DNA from: Candidatus Bathyarchaeia archaeon
GTDB lineage: Archaea > Thermoproteota > Bathyarchaeia > 40CM-2-53-6
Reading direction: 5' to 3'
DNA: 64,000 nt
NCBI GenBank assembly: GCA_049513715.1
Contig: JBEKVV010000001.1
Location: 640,001 to 704,000 of the forward strand
Below the pieces are notes generated by a model. It was given only the letters and a program-made list of their open reading frames with translations. It was not told the origin of the DNA and did no database searches. Positions 48,802 through 59,443 of the stretch are shown piece after piece (within the stretch, counting starts at the first letter, position 1; each line of letters opens with the position of its first letter). Both the position numbers and the translations under genes were made by a program.

Positions 48802-50796
48802 CTACTCGTAGCGTTGGCACTTGTAGCAGTACCACCTCTGGTACTGCTCAATCCATGTCAGGTCACTTTTGCAAATTGAACATTTGTGGGTGACCACTTG
48901 TGCCGTTGCAAGAGGTCCACCCCGCGTTTTTCTCCGCACCACAAGGTGGGATACTGCAAAACCCACAACAAAAGCGAGAACCGCCACTCCCAATACCGAT
49001 GCTTGTCCTGAAATCGTTCCGCCTCCGCTGAGGAAGCTGGCGCGTGAAGCACTTTGGTAGGCTTGGAATGAGTCTTCAGCAGCTTGCGTGTAGTTCATGG
49101 CGCTGTAGGCACTTTCCGATGCGGCTAGCATTGATTGTGCTGAGTTCATGTCAGGCATGTTGAGAAAGTCGAATTGTGATGATTTGAGTGCCGCCGTTGC
49201 TTCGCGAATGAATTGATCGGCATAACCGCGCTGCACCAGGTCCTTATCGAATTGGCTGTAAATGTCTTCGTATGGATAATAGGCCATAACGGAGGAAACG
49301 AAGTTTTCTGTGGGGTCATACCCAAACGGATGCACGAGTCCGAGCATGTGTCCTGTCTCGTGTATGATGGTGTTTGTGAAGCCAAATCCTAGATTCGGCT
49401 GCGCGGGCGTAGAGAGGGCCCCTCTCTGGAAGTCGTCTGCGGAGTGGCTGATGAGCACTAAATCGTACAATGATACCCCCCATATTGTTCGGTCAAAATC
49501 AACGTCTTTCGCTATTGATTCCTTATACGTGAACCCGAAGTTGTAGTCGCGTTGGAATGCGAAAATGAATTCCGGAATGTCGTACGTGTTTGAATCGCGG
49601 GTTACTTGTGTGAATTTTCCAATGTTGCCAATGCCACTCTCGCTCAGCCAATTGTAGATAGGTTTCGCGTCAACGATGGGCGTGAGTCCAGCTAGGCTGG
49701 GGGAGACCGCTGATCCGACCAATCTGAAGAGTTCGGGATAATCTGACAACCTGAAGAAGCTGGTCTGGACCTCGACGTTAGCAAAGGGCACAAGTGTGCT
49801 CAGTTGTTCCTTCACTTCGTTAGCGTCAACGGTGGATTGAATGGGTGGGGATGGGTTTGTGCGGTTATCGAAAACAAATAGTTTCAGCCGGTAGGTTTGC
49901 GCGTAGTTGATTGGGTATATGAAATCTGGGAAGAAGAGGTTGTACACAGGGCCCGTCATGTAGTCGCTGAGGTATTGTGTCAGCCACGTTGGCCAGTATG
50001 GGTTGTCCGTGGTGAGGTTGTTGACTGAGGCTGCCAGTTGGATTGGAAGCTGCTCAGCTGCAGACCCTGGGCCAGCCGAGATGTCGATGAAGTAAAATCG
50101 ATTGTGTCCACCCCAGGATGTCATGTACCGTCGGTTCAATTGTATGCCAAGATCATGGTCAGCGTACGTTTTGTTATAAAAGTGCGGAGTAAGCGTAAGT
50201 TGATGCTTGGTACCGATCGAACTGAACTGCGCCGCTGAGGCTGAGGGGACCTCGTTTGAGAGGTCAGCGATCATTAGGGTGTAGCCGTCCTGTTGAAGGT
50301 CTCCGAAATCCTGCGCGTGATTGAGAAGCCAAGACTCAACTTTGTCTGCGGGATAATACGTGTTAGTTGCATTGATAGGATAGTGCGTGTAGTTTAGGAA
50401 ATAGGCGCTTTGGATTTTGAAGTAACTCTGATTCCAGAGCACGTTTACCCGCCGCTCTTGCTTTGCTACGTAACTAAGGTATGATGTGAATTCACTGCTA
50501 AAGCCAGTTGATGCGAAGGAAATGGAGTAATGGATGGAGTAGGTTGTGCCCGTGCTGATTCCTGGTATCTCGGTGAGGGGGTAGCGTTGCTGCGGTGTGT
50601 TCCATCTCAGATATTCTTGGTCAATCAGATTTGAGTCTATTCCAACAAAAACGATTTTCACTGGAATCGTGACGTCACGGTTTACTGCGACTTCAGCGTT
50701 GTTTCTCTGTTGCGCGCTCAGTGGTGAGGCCAGAAACGTAAGCATCAAAAAGATGATGAGCAAAGAGGAGATCGCTTTTACTCTGACTAATCGCAT
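48802..50796 (-). CDS. Membrane-anchored metzincin zinc metalloprotease with C-terminal Zn ribbon
   Basis: HETGHMLGLVH (HExxHxxGxxH), Met-turn SVMAY, signal peptide, TM, CSIC...CYKC. Confidence 0.85.
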   Translation of the reverse strand: MRLVRVKAISSLLIIFLMLTFLASPLSAQQRNNAEVAVNRDVTIPVKIVFVGIDSNLIDQEYLRWNTPQQRYPLTEIPGISTGTTYSIHYSISFASTGFSSEFTSYLSYVAKQERRVNVLWNQSYFKIQSAYFLNYTHYPINATNTYYPADKVESWLLNHAQDFGDLQQDGYTLMIADLSNEVPSASAAQFSSIGTKHQLTLTPHFYNKTYADHDLGIQLNRRYMTSWGGHNRFYFIDISAGPGSAAEQLPIQLAASVNNLTTDNPYWPTWLTQYLSDYMTGPVYNLFFPDFIYPINYAQTYRLKLFVFDNRTNPSPPIQSTVDANEVKEQLSTLVPFANVEVQTSFFRLSDYPELFRLVGSAVSPSLAGLTPIVDAKPIYNWLSESGIGNIGKFTQVTRDSNTYDIPEFIFAFQRDYNFGFTYKESIAKDVDFDRTIWGVSLYDLVLISHSADDFQRGALSTPAQPNLGFGFTNTIIHETGHMLGLVHPFGYDPTENFVSSVMAYYPYEDIYSQFDKDLVQRGYADQFIREATAALKSSQFDFLNMPDMNSAQSMLAASESAYSAMNYTQAAEDSFQAYQSASRASFLSGGGTISGQASVLGVAVLAFVVGFAVSHLVVRRKTRGGPLATAQVVTHKCSICKSDLTWIEQYQRWYCYKCQRYE

Positions 50797-50958
50797 AAGG
50801 CCACAGCATTATCGCCCCTAAATTAGTGATTTGGTCTAAAACGTTGGATTGCACCTGGACCGGGAAGATTGGCCCTATCAGTCAAGTCGCACCTATCCGA
50901 CAGGATAAGAAGGAATTAAAACTAGTTCGCGGACTTCGTTGCTTACGGGTGCTATTCT

Positions 50959-51165
50959 GTGGGAAAGGTGTCGAAGGGCCAGCAGTGTAGTGTTGTGGGT
51001 TGCTCAGCAGCAGCAGTGCGCTCACTATCCCCGGAGAAAGTTGGCCATGCAGGGTTGAATGTTGGTAACGCTCGAAGGGCTTATCTGTGCAAGACGCACT
51101 ATCGCGAGTACAAGAAGCTCTCTCGCAAGGACCGTCAAATCGACAAATGGCGTTTTTCGACCTAG
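50959..51165 (+). CDS. Small basic Zn-binding protein
   Basis: CSVVGC...LCKTH (C-x4-C...C-x2-H); TATA-like ATTAAAA upstream; co-oriented with thrS. Confidence 0.75.
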   Translation: MGKVSKGQQCSVVGCSAAAVRSLSPEKVGHAGLNVGNARRAYLCKTHYREYKKLSRKDRQIDKWRFST

Positions 51166-51194
51166 TAAATCGGAAACAATGAGTTGCCCAGTCA

Positions 51195-53042
51195 ATGAGA
51201 CTTCTCCTGTTACACTGTGAATACTTCGAGTACGCCGTACGTGCAGAAGCAATCAAGAACCCAGAACTCCCCGGGGGCGCCATCAAAGAGGGAAGGTTTG
51301 AGAATGTTCTAGTCGCATTTTGCACAGTGGAGAAAGATGACGACTCGAATCCGAAGGACGTGATTATCAGGGCCGCTGAATCAATCAGTGAGATTGCTCA
51401 GTCCGTCAAGTCTCAAAGTGTTCTCGTGTACCCGTATGCCCACTTGTCGAGCAGTCTGGCGTCCCGTGATGCTGGGATTGAGATCCTTACAGGCCTACAC
51501 GCAGCTCTGTCAGGTATGGGACTTCAGGTTCATCGAAGCCCATTCGGATACTACAAGAGCTTCAGCCTCCGTTGCTTGGGACACCCTCTCTCAGAACTTT
51601 CCCGTACGATTCGCCCTGAGGAAGCAAAGGCCAAAGCAGCTCCGGTCAAGACTTACTACAAGGTCCTAGGGCTCGACGGGAACCTCTACGACCCAGAAGA
51701 TTACGCGTTCAAGCCTGGCGAGGAGGAATTTCGAGTTCTTGTAGAAAAGGAGGCCTTGAAGAAGGGTTTGCCCGGCGGAGAGCCGCGTTACTTAGAGTAC
51801 TGCAGGAAATTTGGAATCGAGTGGGAGCCTCTTTCAGACCAAGGCCATATGCGTTACAGCCCTGAGGGAGTAATGCTATTCGACCTAATCAGCGAATACT
51901 CATGGACTGCAGTGAGTTCCGTCGGCCTACCGATCCTCCAAGTAAAGGGCACCAACATGTTCGACCTGGCCGTGCCAGCAGTTAAGGAACATGCCGAGTT
52001 GTTTGGTTCTAGGCTCTACCGAATTGACTTAGAAAACAAGAGTTTCGTGTTGCGTTATGCGGCATGTCACCAACAGTTCGCAGCGGTCAGGAATTGGTCA
52101 CTAAGTTACAGGCACCTGCCATTCGGAACCTTCGAAGTGGCCGACTCGTACCGTCTAGAGCAAAGCGGTGAACTCCTATTGGCCTTCCGAGTGCGTAAGT
52201 TGCACATGCCTGACTGCCACATCTACTGCAAATCCTTGGAGGAAGCAGAAGCAGTAACCTTACCTCTACATGATAGAATCTACGAAGAAATCGGCAAGCT
52301 CGGGAGAGACTACGTCTCTGTATACAACATCACTCAAAGTTTCCTCGAATCGAACAAAGAATATGTAATGAAACTGGTGAAGCGGGAGGGAAAGCCGGCG
52401 CTGCTGAACTTTGTTCCCGAAGGCATCTACTATTGGGTTCTGAACATCGAATATCACATCATCGACGAACTTGGGCGCCCACGCGAGATTGCTACCTTCC
52501 AAATCGACATCGGGAATGCGAAGCGCTTCGGGATTTCGTTTGTGGATGAGAAAGGCGAGAGGCAGTTCCCCCCGATAATTCACACCGCAGTGATAGGGTC
52601 AGTCGAACGATACCTATTCACGGTGCTGGACGGCTGTGCGAGAACGGAGAAGCATGGACAAAAACCAAACCTGCCTACTTGGCTATCACCAACCCAAGTG
52701 CGCATAATCCCTGTCAAACCCGAATTCATGGAATTCGCGGAGAAGCTCACTAGTGACTTGAGCGGGGCACTTGTGAGGACGGACATCGACGACAGAGATG
52801 AAAGCGTCGACAAACGAGTGCGTGAAGCGGAGATGAACTGGATACCTTTCGTAGTTGTGGTTGGAAGGAAGGAAGCGGGGACAAACATGCTGTCCGTCCG
52901 CCGCCGACGAGACGACAAACAGTATAACGTGACACTCGCAGAACTAGAGAAGGAGATCGCAGAATCAACGGAAGGATTTCCAAAAGTCCCCCTGCGGTTG
53001 CCGGTCAAGGTAAGCCAAAGGCCGGGATACAAGCAACTGTGA
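51195..53042 (+). CDS. thrS: Threonine--tRNA ligase, archaeal type with N-terminal editing domain
   Basis: MRLLLLH, YPYAHLS, PFGYYKSF..C.GHPLSELSR, LRYAAC, IIHTA..GSVER, WLSPTQVR. Confidence 0.96.
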   Translation: MRLLLLHCEYFEYAVRAEAIKNPELPGGAIKEGRFENVLVAFCTVEKDDDSNPKDVIIRAAESISEIAQSVKSQSVLVYPYAHLSSSLASRDAGIEILTGLHAALSGMGLQVHRSPFGYYKSFSLRCLGHPLSELSRTIRPEEAKAKAAPVKTYYKVLGLDGNLYDPEDYAFKPGEEEFRVLVEKEALKKGLPGGEPRYLEYCRKFGIEWEPLSDQGHMRYSPEGVMLFDLISEYSWTAVSSVGLPILQVKGTNMFDLAVPAVKEHAELFGSRLYRIDLENKSFVLRYAACHQQFAAVRNWSLSYRHLPFGTFEVADSYRLEQSGELLLAFRVRKLHMPDCHIYCKSLEEAEAVTLPLHDRIYEEIGKLGRDYVSVYNITQSFLESNKEYVMKLVKREGKPALLNFVPEGIYYWVLNIEYHIIDELGRPREIATFQIDIGNAKRFGISFVDEKGERQFPPIIHTAVIGSVERYLFTVLDGCARTEKHGQKPNLPTWLSPTQVRIIPVKPEFMEFAEKLTSDLSGALVRTDIDDRDESVDKRVREAEMNWIPFVVVVGRKEAGTNMLSVRRRRDDKQYNVTLAELEKEIAESTEGFPKVPLRLPVKVSQRPGYKQL

Positions 53043-53107
53043 CGAAGTATTCTCAAAAGCTTATATTATCTGCACCTGCTACTTAGCGGTCGAGCTTGTG
53101 AAAAGCA

Positions 53108-53401
53108 ATGAGCAAGGATCAGGGATACGGATTTCTGATCTTCCTGATTTCAATCATTGTCGCAATTGCATACCTCTTTGCGTTCTTCGGCCCCTATTTC
53201 GGCTGGCTAGACATGAAGTGGAACCAGTGGGCGGTGGGAATTCCTGTACTGCTATTCGTACTTCTCGTTCTTGTGATCTCCGCATGGATAGGGTGGACAA
53301 TGCTAACCACTCCGCCCCCAGCTCCGTTAGAGTCGGAACCGCAGCCTTCACATGAAAGCCCGGGAGCGACTAGAACTAGGACTCGCAGACGCAAGAAGTA
53401 G
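53108..53401 (+). CDS. Small two-TM membrane protein with Arg-rich tail
   Basis: MSKDQGYG..., WIGWTMLTTPPP, RTRTRRRKK; TATA-like TTATATTA upstream. Confidence 0.8.
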   Translation: MSKDQGYGFLIFLISIIVAIAYLFAFFGPYFGWLDMKWNQWAVGIPVLLFVLLVLVISAWIGWTMLTTPPPAPLESEPQPSHESPGATRTRTRRRKK

Positions 53402-53442
53402 TTCTGTGCAGATCCTCTCGGAAATCCTACACCCAGATCTAG

Positions 53443-54192
53443 TTAGATGACGCTTTCTCGAGGGTAGACCTCAATTCCTTTCTCGGTGATCCTATATGGT
53501 CTTGGTTGACGGTCTATCTGTGTCTCGCGCATTTTTTCGACTTGGATTATTCGTTCCATAGTTCTGCCCTGCAATATCGTCGTCATCAATATCACGCCAT
53601 GAACCAAGTATTCCTCTATCTGCAGCGTTCTACCCTTGATTCCGACCCTGCTCAGTTCAGATGAGAGAACGCAAGTAGCTCCGGTTTCGGACAGGGCTTC
53701 AACCATATCCAAGAGGGCTTTCCGCCTTTGACTTTCATCTGTATACTGGAAGAGCAGCAATGAAATCGGATCTACGACGATTCGCTGTGCATCGATGGCC
53801 TTCGCATTTGTCCGAACGACCTCGAGGAGGCTTATCAATGAGAAATCTTGCCTACCGATTGTCACCTGGCCCACCCTAACCTCCCCTGGGATTGTGCGTA
53901 TCGGGGAAGCATCAACGAAACCGAACTTCCCCGCCTTCTCAGCACCTTCTAGGTCCCACTCAAAGGCGTTCATTTCACGAGTGTAGTGAGCTTTGCTCTC
54001 TTCAAGGCTAACAAAGAGGGCGTTCTCCCCGAACTTGTTTATCCCATTAGCTAGATACTGAGAACATAGGATTGTCTTCCCAGCACCTGGTTCACCTAAA
54101 ACCAACAAGACGCGTCCTTGTGGGAATCCCCCACCCAATATTTCGTCGAGACCAGCGATGCCCGTAGGAGTTCTCGCGATGGTTTTCTTCAT
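53443..54192 (-). CDS. Single-domain KaiC-like RecA-superfamily ATPase
   Basis: TGIAGLDEILGGG, GEPGAGKT, SLEE, VEKMR. Confidence 0.92.
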   Translation of the reverse strand: MKKTIARTPTGIAGLDEILGGGFPQGRVLLVLGEPGAGKTILCSQYLANGINKFGENALFVSLEESKAHYTREMNAFEWDLEGAEKAGKFGFVDASPIRTIPGEVRVGQVTIGRQDFSLISLLEVVRTNAKAIDAQRIVVDPISLLLFQYTDESQRRKALLDMVEALSETGATCVLSSELSRVGIKGRTLQIEEYLVHGVILMTTILQGRTMERIIQVEKMRETQIDRQPRPYRITEKGIEVYPRESVI

Positions 54193-54375
54193 TTTGAACC
54201 CAAGCTCCTACTAAGAGGGGTTGAATAAATCACTTAGGTGTGAGAAATACAGCGTTCTGCTAAGTTACAGTCGGATGAAATTGATAATTCACTGATTCAA
54301 CTCAACCAATACACAGCGGCCTCCATGACGTTTAGCGAACGACGGACGTACTGGATTTGCAGAATGTGATACACA

Positions 54376-55185
54376 ATGGTCAATGAGTTTCGAAATGCAC
54401 CGATCGAAGAACACTCTATTCGCAGTAGACTCGCAACAAGAGAACTCGGGCGACGATTACTGATTTTGGAGAATTGTGCGTCAACGAATGATGTGGCTGC
54501 CGAATGCGCTTCGCATGATGTTGTTCACGGGTTCACCGTAGTTTCTGAAGTTCAGACTAAGGGCAGGGGTCGTTTTGGAAGAGAATGGACTTCACCTTAC
54601 GGTGGGATCTGGATGACTGTTGTATTGCGAACCAGTTCCAATGATTCGTTAGCCACTCTTCCTATGCTGGGCGCGCTTGCCATTGTGCTGGCCCTACGGT
54701 CGCGAGGTGTGATGGCGCTTGTGAGATGGCCGAATGACGTCATGGTCTATGGAAAGAAACTGGCTGGTGTGATGGTCGAGACCAAATTTGAAGGAAACGT
54801 CCTCACCTATGCGTTGCTCGGCTTAGGTATTAACGCAAATTTCCACTCGACCGAGTTGCAGGGGCTTGCCACGAAATCAACCACGTTACTAGAACTATTG
54901 GGGTCGCCCGTTGATCGAAATTCAGTGATTCGTGACATTTTGGTTTCTATTGAGCAACTATGTGATGACGTGTTCTCTGGTTTGGACGAAAGAGTACTGG
55001 AGTTACTATGCAAGAATGAGTGCTCACTCGGCAGAGAGGTCATAGTCGGAATGTCCGATTCCAGGGTTAAGGGGCTTGTTCAGCGTTACGAGAGCCTAAC
55101 GAAAGTGGTAATTGCCACGGTTGATCAAAAATGCAGATCTATCGAGACCGGCTCCGTCGTCTCCGTCGAGTACGTCGACGACTAA
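54376..55185 (+). CDS. birA: Biotin--protein ligase
   Basis: STND, QTKGRGRFGREW, WPND, KKLAG, GLGIN. Confidence 0.93.
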   Translation: MVNEFRNAPIEEHSIRSRLATRELGRRLLILENCASTNDVAAECASHDVVHGFTVVSEVQTKGRGRFGREWTSPYGGIWMTVVLRTSSNDSLATLPMLGALAIVLALRSRGVMALVRWPNDVMVYGKKLAGVMVETKFEGNVLTYALLGLGINANFHSTELQGLATKSTTLLELLGSPVDRNSVIRDILVSIEQLCDDVFSGLDERVLELLCKNECSLGREVIVGMSDSRVKGLVQRYESLTKVVIATVDQKCRSIETGSVVSVEYVDD

Positions 55186-55801
55186 AGTAATAGAAAGCGA
55201 TGGAGGCAGCGACGGCTATGGCCAGGCCCGCTCCGATAGCGGCAATCGAATTCTGGCGTTCAGTAAATCGTATTGGGTAATGAACGATGGTGAAATTCCG
55301 GATAGCTAGAACGGCCGACCCGGGATTCTCAATCATCCAATCCCATCGCCAAGGTTGTTGCGTTCTTGGGAGAGTTGCATCAAATGTTTCGTTTACGCTC
55401 ACCCCACGCCTCTCGAAGAGTACACTCTCATTCAAGTTCCAGACCAACAGAACGTGCGCCGTTTCATTCGCACTGAACGAAACATGAAAATGCCAAAGGT
55501 CAGGCTCCTCCGGAGAGCTCCCGCCTACACCCCACGTCAGAACGAGGGAATGCCCTGGAATGGTAGTCGCCGGCGTAGCCCAGTTCTCTATTACAACTCC
55601 AGATTGACCTTCATTCCACAGCGTAGCCCCGCGGCCAATTAGGATCAGGCCCAACAATAGTATGGAGAGATTGACGTAACGCTTCTTGTCAGAGAATCCT
55701 ATTTTCCCTCGGCCCCGTCCTTTAGCTCGTCTCGTGGGCCTACGATGGCTTGAATGGTCAACAGTATCGTAGACCCTAGTCTTGTCTTTATTTTCAGACA
55801 T
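55139..55801 (-). CDS. Hypothetical two-TM membrane protein
   Basis: Two hydrophobic helices flanking a beta-rich domain; Arg-rich tail overlapping the birA 3' end; start uncertain. Confidence 0.65.
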   Translation of the reverse strand: MSENKDKTRVYDTVDHSSHRRPTRRAKGRGRGKIGFSDKKRYVNLSILLLGLILIGRGATLWNEGQSGVVIENWATPATTIPGHSLVLTWGVGGSSPEEPDLWHFHVSFSANETAHVLLVWNLNESVLFERRGVSVNETFDATLPRTQQPWRWDWMIENPGSAVLAIRNFTIVHYPIRFTERQNSIAAIGAGLAIAVAASIAFYYFSRRRTRRRRRSRSR

Positions 55802-55919
55802 GTGCGGCAGCCGTACCCGAGAGCCTTCATTCAGTGGGAAGTTGGCGATTTTGTGCCACACCCTAATAAGCAATAGTGCCGTTGAATACTTCCTTCACAG
55901 CCTCCGTGGTCGAGTCAAT

Positions 55920-57470
55920 TTGGATGAAACAGGCTCTACGTCAAAAGATAAGCTCAAACAACTCCGTGAGCTTCGCGAGAAATCAATGCTGGGTGGAGGA
56001 AAAGAACGCATTGATGCTCAGCATGCAAAAGGCAAGCTCACGGCGCGCGAAAGGCTTGACTTGCTTCTGGATTCTGGGAGCTTTGTGGAAATAGATCGAT
56101 TTGCTGTGTCTCAAGGCGGCGATAACCGTCGAGTTCTCGGTGACGGCGTTGTGACTGGGCATGGAACGGTCGATGGAAGACTGGTGTATGTATTTGCTCA
56201 CGACTTCACAGTATTCGGTGGCTCACTCGGCGAGACCTTCGCAATGAAGGTCTGCAAGATAATGGACCAAGCTCTGAAAGTTGGTGCCCCAATCATCGGC
56301 TTGAACGATTCAGGAGGAGCCAGAATCCAAGAAGGTGTGGTAAGTCTAGGGGGGTACGCTGAAATTTTCTACCGTAACGTATTAGCAAGCGGCGTAGTGC
56401 CGCAAATCTCCGCTATTATGGGGCCTTGCGCTGGGGGAGCCGTCTACTCTCCTGCTCTCACAGATTTCATAGTGATGGTAGACAAGACGAGTTACATGTT
56501 CATCACTGGCCCTGATGTCGTCAAATCAGTACTCAATGAGGATGTAACGTTCGAGAGTCTCGGAGGCGCAACGGTCCACAGCCAAGTATCCGGTGTGTCG
56601 CATTTCTTTGCACCAGACGAAAGCTCCGCCCTACAGCTCGTGAAAACAGTTCTATCATATTTACCACAAAACAACTTGGAAGACCCGCCTGTAGTCAGGA
56701 CTGGAGATGATCCGAATAGAATGGACCATGAGCTTGGGTCTATTGTCCCGGCAGATAGTGACCGCGCTTATGATGTAAGGGAAATCATAAACCGAGTAAT
56801 GGACGTGAGAAGTTTTCTTGAGGTTCAACAGCAATGGGCGCAAAACATAGTCATAGGCTTCGGTAGACTTGATGGGCGAAGCGTCGGGATAATAGCGAAC
56901 CAGCCCAAATTCTATGCAGGTGCGCTGGATAACTCATCATCAATCAAAGCTGCCCGCTTCATAAGGTTCTGTGACTCCTTCAACATACCGATCGTGACAT
57001 TCGTCGACGTCCCCGGTTTCCTTCCCGGCGCGGACCAAGAGCACTCAGGCATAATACGGAACGGATCCAAGCTCTTATACGCATACTGTGAAGCTACGGT
57101 CCCAAAGTTGACAGTGATTTTACGCAAAGCCTACGGCGGCGCTTATGATGTCCTTGGAAGCAAGCACATTCGAGCGGACTTCAATTTCGCTTGGCCAACG
57201 GCCGAGATAGCAGTGATGGGCCCTGAAGGGGCGACAAAAATCATTTACCGCAAGGAAATTGCCCAATCAAAAGACCCATCTATAATGCCAAAGCTTCTAG
57301 AGGAATATCGCGCAAAATTCGCCAACCCATACATCGCTGCGGGAAGAGGTTACATCGATGATGTAATTGAACCACAGGAAACGCGGCCAAGACTCATTCG
57401 TGCGCTTGAAGCTGCCTCTAATAAGCGCGAAATTCGGCCTCCTAGGAAGCACGGCAACCCTCCATTTTAA
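55920..57470 (+). CDS. pccB: Acyl-CoA carboxylase carboxyltransferase subunit (PccB-like)
   Basis: [44 protein letters not shown]; start refined to TTG 55920. Confidence 0.93.
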   Translation: MDETGSTSKDKLKQLRELREKSMLGGGKERIDAQHAKGKLTARERLDLLLDSGSFVEIDRFAVSQGGDNRRVLGDGVVTGHGTVDGRLVYVFAHDFTVFGGSLGETFAMKVCKIMDQALKVGAPIIGLNDSGGARIQEGVVSLGGYAEIFYRNVLASGVVPQISAIMGPCAGGAVYSPALTDFIVMVDKTSYMFITGPDVVKSVLNEDVTFESLGGATVHSQVSGVSHFFAPDESSALQLVKTVLSYLPQNNLEDPPVVRTGDDPNRMDHELGSIVPADSDRAYDVREIINRVMDVRSFLEVQQQWAQNIVIGFGRLDGRSVGIIANQPKFYAGALDNSSSIKAARFIRFCDSFNIPIVTFVDVPGFLPGADQEHSGIIRNGSKLLYAYCEATVPKLTVILRKAYGGAYDVLGSKHIRADFNFAWPTAEIAVMGPEGATKIIYRKEIAQSKDPSIMPKLLEEYRAKFANPYIAAGRGYIDDVIEPQETRPRLIRALEAASNKREIRPPRKHGNPPF

Positions 57471-57478
57471 CGCAGCAT

Positions 57479-57873
57479 GTGTGGAAGGGATTCGACTTGA
57501 GTTGGCGAAATGGATCAGAAACGATGGTTGGTCACACAGGCTTTCTACTCTGCATTGTGGCCGCGGCCATGGCGATCATACTTGCGTACGTGCACAAGAG
57601 TGACAGCGCGGTTCTCACACTCACACTGTTCGCACTATCTCTTACGGTCTTCCTGGTAGCCGCTGAGCAGTTTTCGAAGCCTTGGATTTTGAGGATTTCA
57701 AACGAGATTCACGCGCGACCAAACTGTACAACTTAGGAGTGATTCTCATGCTTTGGGGGATGGCTATGTTGATGCTTCTATTCCAATACTTTCCCCCCGC
57801 AGTTGTTCTGTTTCTATTCTCGTCTTATTGGATTCGTGAAATTCTAAGAACTGTGAGGACGTCATCCAAGTGA
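57479..57873 (+). pseudogene. Frameshifted four-TM membrane protein gene (two overlapping ORFs)
   Basis: Two hydrophobic ORFs in different frames join at the TTTT run near 57671 (AEQF/FEALDFEDF). Confidence 0.5.
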
Positions 57874-57934
57874 CCCAACTTTGCTCACTGCTAGCCAATG
57901 ATGCCCAGTCAGCCAGTGGTAGGTCTCGCAGTCT

Positions 57935-59443
57935 ATGACGAAACTTCTAATTGCGAATAGATCTGAAATTGCGCTGAGAATAATCAGAACATGCCGCAAG
58001 CTGGGAATTCAAACGGTCATGGTTTACTCGGAGCCCGACCGGGAATCCATGCCTCTTTGGTACGCTGATGAAAGATACGCGTTGGGAGGAGCAACACCCG
58101 CCGAGAGCTATTTGAACATACCAAAGCTTGTACAAGCAGCACTTGAAACTGGATGCGATGCTATCCACCCTGGCTACGGCTTCCTTTCAGAGGACGCTGC
58201 TTTCGTGAAGGCCTGCGAAGAAAACAACCTAATCTTCATCGGGCCTTCAAGTTCTTCTCTCGAAAAACTCGGCAACAAGCTGCTAGCGAGGAAAACGATG
58301 AAGGAAGCTGGCGTCCCGCTAATCCCCGGCTCAGATGAACCCCTACAAGATGATGATGAAGCACTCAGTATGTCTCGCAAGATCGGTTACCCCGTAATTA
58401 TCAAAGCCGTTTACGGTGGCGGTGGCCGCGGAATGAGAATCGCTCAGACGGACGAAGATGTCAGAAGGTACTTCAGTATTACTCGTATGGAATCACGTTC
58501 CGCCTTCGGGCGGGCCGAAATCTATGTCGAGAAGCGATTGGAGCATCCGAGGCACGTAGAAATACAGGCCATTGCAGACAAGAACGGAAAAGTCGTCAGC
58601 CTTGGTGAGAGGGAATGTAGCATTCAGCGCAGACATCAAAAACTTCTGGAGGAGGCTCCGTCGATGGCAGTCAAGCAGAACCTTCGAGTCGAGCTGGATG
58701 AAGCGGCAAAGAGGGGGCTTTCGGCAGCTGGTTACACGAATGCCGGTACCGTTGAATTCCTTCTTGACGCCGCGGGCGAATTTTACTTCCTAGAGGTCAA
58801 CAAGAGGCTCCAAGTTGAACACCTAGTGACCGAGCTTACTACCGGGATTGACATTGTCGAAGCACAACTTACTGTTGCCTTCGACTCAAAGTTGGACCTT
58901 TCACAGAATGAAGTGAAAGTGAATGGATGGGCAATCAACTGTAGAGTAAATGCCGAGGACCCACAGAGAGGATTCGTTCCATCTCCCGGAGCGGTTGTTC
59001 GGTACCATCCACCTTCGGGGCCTGGTGTAAGGGTAGATTCGGCTCTCTATTCAGGCTATGTGATTCCGGAGTATTACGATTCAATGGTAGCGAAGATTGC
59101 TACATGGGGTCGAAACCGCGAGGAAGCCATTCACAGAATGAGGTGCGCACTTGACGAAACTGAGATTGTAGGTGTCCCGACCACTGTGCCACTCCACAGC
59201 GCCCTTATGCAAGACCGTCAGTTTCTTGAAGGTAGGTTCGACACAACATACCTCGACGAATTCTTACCGCGCTTGAACGAGAGATTGATGCTTTTGGAAA
59301 AACTCGCTGCCGCAGCAGCCGGAGCGACGAAGCTTCTGAGACCAACTGTGACACGACCGAACATGACCATAACAGAACAGTCAAGGTGGCGTGCATGTGC
59401 AAGAACGCAGTTCATGGACTCGGAAAGAGGGATCAGATGGTGA
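57935..59443 (+). CDS. accC: Biotin carboxylase subunit
   Basis: LIANRSEIA, HPGYGFLSE, GGGGRGMR, ERECSIQRRHQK, RLQVEH, RVNAEDP, YDSM. Confidence 0.96.
   Translation: MTKLLIANRSEIALRIIRTCRKLGIQTVMVYSEPDRESMPLWYADERYALGGATPAESYLNIPKLVQAALETGCDAIHPGYGFLSEDAAFVKACEENNLIFIGPSSSSLEKLGNKLLARKTMKEAGVPLIPGSDEPLQDDDEALSMSRKIGYPVIIKAVYGGGGRGMRIAQTDEDVRRYFSITRMESRSAFGRAEIYVEKRLEHPRHVEIQAIADKNGKVVSLGERECSIQRRHQKLLEEAPSMAVKQNLRVELDEAAKRGLSAAGYTNAGTVEFLLDAAGEFYFLEVNKRLQVEHLVTELTTGIDIVEAQLTVAFDSKLDLSQNEVKVNGWAINCRVNAEDPQRGFVPSPGAVVRYHPPSGPGVRVDSALYSGYVIPEYYDSMVAKIATWGRNREEAIHRMRCALDETEIVGVPTTVPLHSALMQDRQFLEGRFDTTYLDEFLPRLNERLMLLEKLAAAAAGATKLLRPTVTRPNMTITEQSRWRACARTQFMDSERGIRW

Noticed and set aside
53443..54192. 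KaiC-like ATPase as a circadian clock
   Set aside because: Single domain, no ST phosphorylation pair seen and no kaiB nearby; such proteins are common in archaea.
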